A stretch of DNA of 14,049 nucleotides from Amoebophrya sp. A120 (Eukaryota; Protista; Dinoflagellata). Both the position numbers and the translations under genes were made by a program. The notes beneath the pieces were generated by a model. That model had not been told where the DNA came from and searched no databases. It was given only the letters and a program-made list of their open reading frames with translations. Numbering within the stretch: the stretch's first letter is position 1; every line of letters starts with the position of its first letter. The stretch is taken from contig CAJINV010000015.1 in the NCBI GenBank assembly GCA_905178155.1, positions 1,802,579 through 1,816,627 on the forward strand, in the 5' to 3' direction. Of the stretch, positions 7,801-14,049 are shown one piece after another.

Positions 7801-10800
7801 TGGTTTTGGCTGTTTTTCGTTGGTGTGCAAAGTGTTGCGCTTTTGTGTTTATTTCAATGGACTTGCGTCCTTTTCGCCTAAGTTTTCGCTTTTTTGCGCA
7901 TTTGCGCAATTTTTACGCTTAACTAGGTGAAGCCACCGTGCGCATTTTCGTCGTTTTTTTCCTTTTTGACTTAACAAAGCCATTTTTGCACTAAAATGAT
8001 TCTACTTAGCTTCACAAAGGTGCGTTTTTACCTTAAGAAAATTGGCATTTTTTTTTGCATGTAATGCATGTTTGCAATACAAGTTAGAGACGACTACGAG
8101 TGCGATAGCGATACTTTTGCAGCGCATACTCTTCCTTTTTCGAGAAGCGCACAATCCAGCTTTACAACTTGCTCTGGCCAGAGTACGAAAATCTGCCCGA
8201 TCGAAGCTCCTGTGGCCACTACTCGAACCGCAGAGCAGTCGCAGGCGGGGCTGGTGGGGTCATCTCTGCTAGTGGTCAACATGGCAGCCGCGGCGGTCGT
8301 GGCGGGGCTGCCTCGGGAAAGAGCGGCAGAGGTAGCAGAGGTGCGGCAAGTAACCACTGGAAGCAGATGAATTTATCAAATGTAAAAGTGTCTGGGTCTG
8401 GAAACTTGTGATGCTGGGTGGCGTCTCATGATGAGACCAGAAATGCTGGCTCAGCATCACAAGTTTCTGAGCTTCTAGGTGTTGCCTATTCTGCATGACA
8501 AACTGCGTTTCTGTATAATCACAGAAAAATGGAGCTCTTGGGTAACTTGCATGACAGATTTAAGAGCCATGCCAGACAAGCATGACAAACATGCATTCTT
8601 CCAGACCCAGACATTTTTACATTTGATAGAATTCCCGGCGGAACAATAGCAGAGGGAGGACTTCTGGGGGAGTGGGAGTGCGACCGACTGGTAATCATGT
8701 TATTGAGGATATGAAATGTAAAAATGTCTGGGTTCTCTGGAAGGTTGGAACTTGTGATGCTAACTTTGGACTCTAAAAAAATCTGCATTGCATGACCAGT
8801 GACAGGAGTCTAGGTTGTGCTACGCGGGGACGAGGGCATTTGTCATGCGGAGTAGGCATCAGGAAGTCCTCTAAAAATCTGTGATGCTAGGTTGTGCGTT
8901 ACAGACATCCTGGGTCATGCAAAATATGCATGACAAACCCGGCAATCTCCCAGACCCAGACACTTTTGCATTTGATAGAGGACGATAATTTCGACAGTGC
9001 TACAACCCCGCCAAGACGACGAAAGACCTATCCAGCGTCCAGTTACTACGGGCGTGGCGGGGGGTATGGGGGTGTCAGGACTGAAATCGTCAAAGTTGAA
9101 ACGATTTGTGATGCATAAAATGCAACCCACAGAGGGCCTGTCTTGCAGAGTAGGCAAGGGAGGCAGATTGTAAGCCTGTTGAGGGGTAGAAATAGAGCTG
9201 CTAAAATAGCACGACAAAAGGCGCCTCCCTTACCCAAACAGCATGACAAACTGGATTTAGGGACCTCCAAAATTTGTCATGCGCCATTTGGAAACTGGGT
9301 TCCAACTGGCATCCATTTTATGCATGACAAACCATTTCAACTTTGTCGGTTTCAAACCTGACACATCCATAGGGGGCGCGCAAACAGCTGCAGTTCAACT
9401 TCCTCCGATGAGGAAAGTTCCAGTTCTATTACAATGAAAAATCTCCCGTCGACATCCCAATACTTAACCGGAAATTTGTGTAGCATGATTTGTGATCACA
9501 AATCACGTTGCCATGCTGGGAGGGAAGTAGGGATGCGGTCTGTAGTGCTGGTTGGCGTGGGTCATTTTTGCGTCTTCAGCGTGACAGGAAGCAACTGGAA
9601 ATGGGAAACAGCATGACAAATCGCCTGCAATTGAGGCTGCGACTGCGTCTCTTGGCCCTCTAGCAATACAACTGGATTTGTGTACGCAAATACAGCATCA
9701 CAAGTTTCCTTTTCGATATGGGGAGGGCGGATTTTTCGTCTTAATAAGTTCGGACGGGGACAAGAGCGGCACCGGTGCCGCGCCGTATCAGCGATCATCC
9801 CCGGGCGCAGCTGGGCAGACGACGCCAAGGCATCATTCGATCTCAGGCTCCTCGAGTAGCTCCACGTCGCATTCTATGCAATACAAATTTCCCGTACATG
9901 TACAACATGCATCACAAATTTCACTATTACTTAGAGCAGACAACTTGTCATGCTGAACAGAATCGAAGGGAAGCTTTAGCTTTGTCATGCAGAAACGGCA
10001 TTTGAATTTGTACGTGTACGGGAAATTTACTGTGGATACATTCACAGCATTCGGCGTCCACATCTCAGCTCGCTGGACTGCAACACCAACACCAGCAGCT
10101 CAGGCCACGGCAATTCCTGTACCCCGACGGGGCGAAGGGCTGCTTTCTTCGCTCGTTCCTGAAGTGCGGAATTCTCGCTGGCCTGTTGCTCAGCGTTTCC
10201 TCCGTTGCTAGTGTCGTTCTATTGAAGTCGTCTGGACGAACAGCGCAGCCTGCACCCTCGAGAAGTGGAACTACTTCAACGAGCCGGCACTTACTCCTCG
10301 CGAAGATTCTTCTCCACCACCTGCGCAACGCTACTTCCTTCGGCGCCCTCATCGCCGCCTACAACACGTTGCTGTACTGCATCAGCAACAAGTCCGCCTA
10401 CGTCCGGGGGACCTACGCGTGGTTCGCGGGGCTTGTTTGCGGCTTGGCGATCCTGATTGCGCCGGAGGATGGACAGCACTGGGGCACCGTGTTTTGCACG
10501 TCGCGGGTGGTGGACGTGGCTTTGCAAGCGGTGTATTGCTCGATTGCAGATCATTGGAAGAAGAACACGAAGGAGAAGATGCTGACAGGCGGAACAGAAG
10601 TTGCAGGTGCTGCACAACAAGAACAGCGGGAGCTGCACCAGCACCTTTCGACCGGGAACCCGGGCACGAGCACGTCGACAGAAGTTGTACACGAAAAGAA
10701 TCAGAGAACCACTACACCGGTCTACTTCAAAAACACGCCTGAAGCTGAACAACAGGAGCATCAGGTTGTAGATGAAACGAACACAGCCAAGACATCTTCA

Positions 10801-12064
10801 AATAAAAGTCCCAAATCATCGTCCGACGAGACGAGTCGCTCGAACTCCGAGATCGGCGCGATCCCGTACCTGGACCTCATCCTCACCTTCTTCGGGACCT
10901 TATCCATTGCAAATATCTCGGGGTCTGCAACAAGGTTCGAAGAATTTTTCATGCTGTCTTTGGATTCTGGAAAAATTTGTATTGCATGAGCCTCAAAATC
11001 AATAAAAAGGAGTCCAGTTTCTTGTGCTACGCTGGGACGGCATTACTTCTCATGGGGAATAGGCATCAGGAAGGGTTCTAGAAATCTGTGATGCTAGGCC
11101 ATACATTACAGGCATGACGCGCCATGCAAGATATGCATGACCAGTCTGGCAATGTTCCAGCCCCAGAGAATTTGCATTTGATAGACCTGGCGGGTGTACC
11201 ACTGCGTCTGGACGGATAGCTCGGTCCTTATCCCCTGAAAAGAATTTTTTATACCATCCCCATCCACTTTTTGCAAGACTACAGACACAGACTTTACTTA
11301 CATGCTTTGCATGACAAATTGGATGAAGATGGTGAATTTTCAGGGCATAGTCCTGGACGTCAGACTCAAAAACATCATCGCGCGGGAGTTCGGCGGCGCG
11401 CTGGAAAAGCGGTTTATGCATCACAGAAGTATCGCGCGCGTAGTAGAAGAAATCGCATTACAAATTTGGTCCGTGCAGCAGTGAGAAAAAAAAAATCTGC
11501 TTTCTCATGCTGATTTTGGAGATCTGTCGTGCATGTTAGCGATATATGTTTACGTGCGAGAGCGATAGTACTGTTGCAACGCATACGGTTGAAATCGGAG
11601 CAGCTTCCCTTCGGAAAGTCCGTCGTGATGAAATGGCGCAAGGAAAACTTGATGAGTCTTGCGCTATCGCTGAAAAACTTCCTCAACTGCCTTTCCCGGT
11701 CCGTGAAACAGTTCGCATTGGCGTCCTTGGTCCCGAAAGTCGCCCTGTGGGGTTTGGTGCGGCTCTGTATTCACAGGGAACTTGCTATATTTTTGTCCTC
11801 GTACCAGTTCGCACAGAACAAATGCTGTTTTTCCTTGATGCCAAAACTTTTCTTGAATCCTGTGCAGCACAGCATGAAAAATGACATGCTTCATAGTGCC
11901 GTTTGTTTACGGAGAGGAAATTTGCATTGCATTTTGTACACCGTGTACGGCAAAAATATTGTGTTTGCATTGCATACCTTACATCCTAATTTTCGTGAAG
12001 AAATTCGGAGCAAGACGAACGAGCTTGACGTCCGCGGGGAGCGTCTTACCGAGCGGGGGAATCA
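4875..12064 (+). CDS. Gene 2, 3'-partial and spliced: TMEM135-like (Tim17/Tim22/Tim23/Pmp24 superfamily) multi-pass membrane protein with a long Ser/Gly-rich N-terminal extension
   Basis: ATG at 4875 (aagATGg, in-frame TAA at 4857). Join: 4875-4994, 5264-5312, 8134-8373, 8634-8709, 8983-9064, 9377-9426, 9752-9874, 10044-10900, 11189-11228, 11355-11414, 11591-11767, 11982-12064 = 1957 nt (about 652 codons) with no stop. It contains GCFLRSFLKCGILAGLLL...LRNATSFGALIAAYNTLLYCIS...AWFAGLVCGLAILIAPEDGQHWGTVFCTSRVVDVAL, a pattern typical of TMEM135/Tim17-like helices (recognised by eye). The frame of the last exon is less certain. Confidence 0.82.
4995..5258. mobile_element. Introner-like element E10 (family B)
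   Basis: TIR TATCAAGTGCAAAAATGTCTGGGTCTGGAC / GTCCAGACCCAAACATTTTTGCAATTCATA. Perfect DR ACCTG at 4990-4994 and 5259-5263. Confidence 0.93.
5313..5463. mobile_element. Introner-like element E11 (family A)
   Basis: TIR TATCCTGTGCAAAAGTATCGTACTCGTA / TACGACTACGATACTTTTGCAGTTCATA. Perfect DR GTCGT at 5308-5312 and 5464-5468. Confidence 0.94.
5469..8128. mobile_element. Introner-like element E12 (family A-like) expanded by a nested insertion of about 2.46 kb
   Basis: Left end TATGATCCTGTGCAGAAGTGTC, right end GATACTTTTGCAGCGCATA. DR GTCGT (5464-5468) vs CTCTT (8129-8133), 3/5 match. The two ends together resemble the short copy at 11415-11585. Removal restores FLES-SFFEK in frame. Confidence 0.78.
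6750..7990. repeat. Degenerate T-rich tandem repeat array inside the E12 insertion
   Basis: AACTA(A/G)GTGAAGCC occurs at 7231, 7645 and 7921. Each copy is preceded by related blocks (GCAAA..G.TGC(A/G)CTTT, TATTT(C/T)(G/A)ATGG, TTTTGC.T(T/A)AG.TT). Region 6770-6880 resembles 7320-7433. Boundaries are approximate. Confidence 0.65.
8374..8628. mobile_element. Introner-like element E13 (family B)
   Basis: Near-perfect 30-bp TIR TATCAAATGTAAAAGTGTCTGGGTCTGGAA / TTCCAGACCCAGACATTTTTACATTTGATA. Perfect DR GAATT at 8369-8373 and 8629-8633. Confidence 0.95.
8710..8977. mobile_element. Introner-like element E14 (family B)
   Basis: TIR TATGAAATGTAAAAATGTCTGGGT / ACCCAGACACTTTTGCATTTGATA. Perfect DR GAGGA at 8705-8709 and 8978-8982. 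The interior is homologous to 10901-11183. Confidence 0.94.
9065..9371. mobile_element. Introner-like element E15 (family C)
   Basis: TIR TATGGGGGTGTCAGGACTGAAATCGTCAAAGTTGAAA / TTTCAACTTTGTCGGTTTCAAACCTGACACATCCATA. DR GGGGG at 9060-9064 and 9372-9376. Confidence 0.94.
9427..9746. mobile_element. Introner-like element E16 (family E)
   Basis: TIR TATTACAATGAAAAATCTCCC / GGGCGGATTTTTCGTCTTAATA. Perfect DR AGTTC at 9422-9426 and 9747-9751. Confidence 0.92.
9875..10038. mobile_element. Introner-like element E17 (family G)
   Basis: TIR TATGCAATACAAATTTCCCGTACATGTACAA / TTGTACGTGTACGGGAAATTTACTGTGGATA. Perfect DR CATTC at 9870-9874 and 10039-10043. Confidence 0.93.
10901..11183. mobile_element. 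Introner-like element E18 (family B-like)
   Basis: TIR TATCCATTGCAAATATCTCGGGGTCTGCAACA / TGTTCCAGCCCCAGAGAATTTGCATTTGATA. Perfect DR GACCT at 10896-10900 and 11184-11188. Confidence 0.93.
11229..11349. mobile_element. Introner-like element E19 (shortest, 121 bp; family D/F-like)
   Basis: TIR TATCCCCTGAAAAGAATT / AATTTTTCAGGGCATA. Perfect DR GTCCT at 11224-11228 and 11350-11354. Confidence 0.92.
11415..11585. mobile_element. Introner-like element E20 (family A-like)
   Basis: Ends TATGCATCACAGAAGTATCGC / GCGATAGTACTGTTGCAACGCATA. Perfect DR CGGTT at 11410-11414 and 11586-11590. Removal gives EKR-LKSEQ. Confidence 0.92.
11768..11976. mobile_element. Old introner-like element E21 (family G-like)
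   Basis: Decayed TIR TATTCACAGGGAACTTGCTATATTTTTG / CAAAAATATTGTGTTTGCATTGCATA. The right end resembles the reverse complement of the E17 left end. The DR is poorly conserved (CTCTG vs CCTTA), so the boundaries are less sure. Confidence 0.65.
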
Positions 12065-14049
12065 TATCAAATGTAAAAGTGTCTGGGTCTGGAAGAATGC
12101 AATTTGTCATGCTAAATCTGAAGCATGCAAAAATCTGTGTTGCGTGAAAAGAACAGAGCAGAGGCTGGCCGTAGGGGAAAGCGATCCAGCAAAACAGCAG
12201 AGGCCCGCACTGAATGAAATTAAGGGGGGAAAAGGAGAGAAGGAGGCTGCCCAGAGGATAAATGAAAAGCAAAAGGAGCGGCGCGATAAAGAGGCACAAG
12301 GAGGCAGATTCTCAGCAGTGCAGCCAAAAGCAAGAGCGTCGCTAGAAAGCAAGGGCATAAGCATAGGGATGGCGCGGAGTAGCACCGGCAAAGAGGTAAG
12401 AAGTACGGGAGGAAATGACAAGCCGACGGCTCAACGGAAGCCAAAGAAGCAAGAGGAAATAAGAAAAAAGGAAAGCAAGACGGAAAGAGGGCCGGCCGAA
12501 GAAACACGCGCAGAAGTGGACCCGCTGACATCGCGAGCACCGTACTCCTTAGAGTTTTCGAACGGAGGGCATCGTAGATACTCAAAAGAGGCAGAGGCGA
12601 CTCAAGGCCGCGGAGCAAGTAGCTCTTCAGGACAAAGAGGAAGAGAGAGGAACAGTGAAAATGCAAGGAGGAGGAACAGCCCGGAGGGGGGAGAAAAGGG
12701 CTCAAAGAAAAGTGTGGCGGAGGATGGTGGCACAATAGCAAGAAAAAGGCAAAAGAGTAAAGAGCAAGAAAATAGTAAACAAAAAGCGGCGGGAGAGGGG
12801 GAAACGCTGGCGCAGACAATGCGCAGCGGATTATTCGGAGATCGCTGCAAGACAGCACAGGAGGGGGGGCGGGGGGACGACTTCAGGCGACGCAGGATCC
12901 CTATGATTGAAGTGACATAGTGACGGACCGAAAATCGGACACCAGGCCGAGCGACTGAAAAGTCTGAGAAATGCACTCCGGAGATTTTTGAAAAACGCAC
13001 AGCATCGAAATCATAGAAAAAAACGAAAACACTATTTCCCGTCTGAATAAAAAAAGAAAAGGCCCGGCAGGCTCGAGGACTGCCGGAAAATATGACCCGG
13101 CGCGTTCGCCTTAAGATCCTGCCCCCATACTTCTAAGATCGTTTCAGCGCAGTCAGATTAAGGATCTCCAGGGGATCCCTTAAGTTGCCAACGAACGCGA
13201 CAGGGCCAAGATCACCCCGAGAAGCTTCAGGCGAATCGCGGGGCGCGTTTCAAAATGTCCAAACTTTCAAACAGGCGGCGACGATAGGCCAAGAAGATCG
13301 ACCGCACTCAGAGAAACAAGCGCGGCGCGGATCCAAAAAAAAAAAAAAACGAAGGTAACAGAGCAAAACGCTGCGCAGAGGTCGAGGAGCTGAGAAGAGA
13401 AGCCGCGAAGATTTCACACCATGCGCCGAAGTAAAGCCGTTGGCGTCGCGGGTTAAATTGGCAGGAGAGTGAAATTGAGGACGGAGTTTTCAGCGAGATA
13501 AATGGGGAGGCGAGTTAAATGTATGACCGGGCAGCAGCAGGCTCGCGAGCCTGTGAGTCGAGGCTGAGGCTGGGCGGTTGGTATTTTATACCGACCAGAC
13601 CCAGTATCTATCCCGGTAGCCAGGACCTAGATAAGATGAGGATCTGCGTCAGGCCCTCGGGTTTGACGTTTTTCCTTTTTCTTCCTTGGTCCCAGGGAGT
13701 AACGCCCCTGCCTTTGGTAGTTGTCTGTCTAGCTGTGTACAGCTGTTTGGAAGGGAAGAGGTGCCATTCGCCCTCGACCCGCGTCTGTCTGTCTATCTGT
13801 GGGGGAAGAGGTGCTATTCGCCCTCTGCCTGTTGGTCTGTTTTTCGGGGAGAGGAGCCATTCGCCCTCGACCCGTGGTTGCAGAGTGTGGAGGCTGCCAT
13901 TCGCGCCTCCACTGCTTTTTGCAGCTGATCCCGGATCCTTTTGGCTCGCGCGAGGTCGGCTCTGTGGCACTGGCGGTTTGAACCCGTTAAACCTAAGAGA
14001 GGCGGAGCGAGGGACTTAGGGGCCCGGTTTGGTTTGTGGTTTTGGTTTT
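12065..14049. mobile_element. Introner-like element E22 (family B), left end plus a nested insertion of more than 1.9 kb; right end outside the window
   Basis: Left TIR TATCAAATGTAAAAGTGTCTGGGTCTGGAAG. Region 12065-12147 matches the reverse complement of about 5176-5258, then the sequence switches abruptly to unrelated purine-rich DNA. No matching right TIR occurs before the window end. Confidence 0.75.
13690..13910. repeat. Degenerate minisatellite with units of about 40-50 bp
   Basis: GGGAAGAGGTGCCATTCGCCCTC at 13753, with variants at 13803, 13846 and 13889. The intervening sequences are related to each other (GACCCG, GTCTGT). Confidence 0.75.

Noticed and set aside
5590-8037. CTTGAGG / CCTTAAG as TIRs of the E12 cargo
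   Set aside because: The match is too short and imperfect, and there is no flanking duplication.
10186-10989. 267-aa ORF as a complete gene
   Set aside because: It is part of an internal exon of gene 2 (10044-10900). The last ~29 codons are E18 sequence.
11529-12920. 463-aa ORF as a single gene
   Set aside because: It is chimeric. It starts inside E20, includes one real exon (11591-11767), reads through E21 and the E22 TIR, and ends in purine-rich low-complexity cargo.
13595-13620. CCAGACCCAG as the right TIR of E22
   Set aside because: Only 10 nt match. It lacks the following ACATTTTTACATTTGATA and an AATCA-like DR.
13753-13909. Possible mini-CRISPR array
   Set aside because: The repeats are degenerate, the spacers are short and related to each other, there are no cas genes, and the context is eukaryotic.
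13519-14019. 166-aa (+) and 120-aa (-) ORFs with repeated peptides
   Set aside because: The repeated peptides simply reflect the minisatellite. There is no other evidence of coding.
1-14049. Paramecium-type TA-bounded ciliate IESs
   Set aside because: Excision leaving one TA does not restore the frames; element plus one 5-bp DR does. The rebuilt frames contain no in-frame TAA/TAG and the DNA is not AT-rich. Another form of DNA-level excision cannot be excluded from sequence alone.
1-14049. Autonomous transposase gene for the elements
   Set aside because: No ORF with DDE, tyrosine recombinase or reverse transcriptase motifs was recognised in the window.

Overview
This is eukaryotic DNA, most likely from an alveolate. 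The architecture matches what I recall of the introner elements of the parasitic dinoflagellate Amoebophrya, but the taxon is an inference. Two + strand protein-coding genes are broken up by 23 short DNA-transposon-like (MITE-like) elements: 21 complete and 2 cut by the window edges. Each element is bounded by TAT...ATA terminal inverted repeats (TIRs) and 5-bp direct repeats (DRs), and 16 of the 21 complete copies have perfect DRs. Removing each element plus one DR copy, and one ordinary GT-AG intron, rebuilds two stop-free reading frames. Gene 1 (5' end outside the window, stop at 4155) is a Cys-motif membrane protein. Gene 2 (start 4875, 3' end outside the window) is TMEM135/Tim17-superfamily-like. 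The elements therefore behave as non-canonical introns. They form about 7 TIR families that share an internal GCATGACAA-type motif and occur in both orientations. They create a 1-nt and a 0-nt net exon, and three of them carry nested insertions of 0.9 kb, about 2.5 kb and more than 1.9 kb. Nearly all ORFs in the supplied track are spurious or chimeric.
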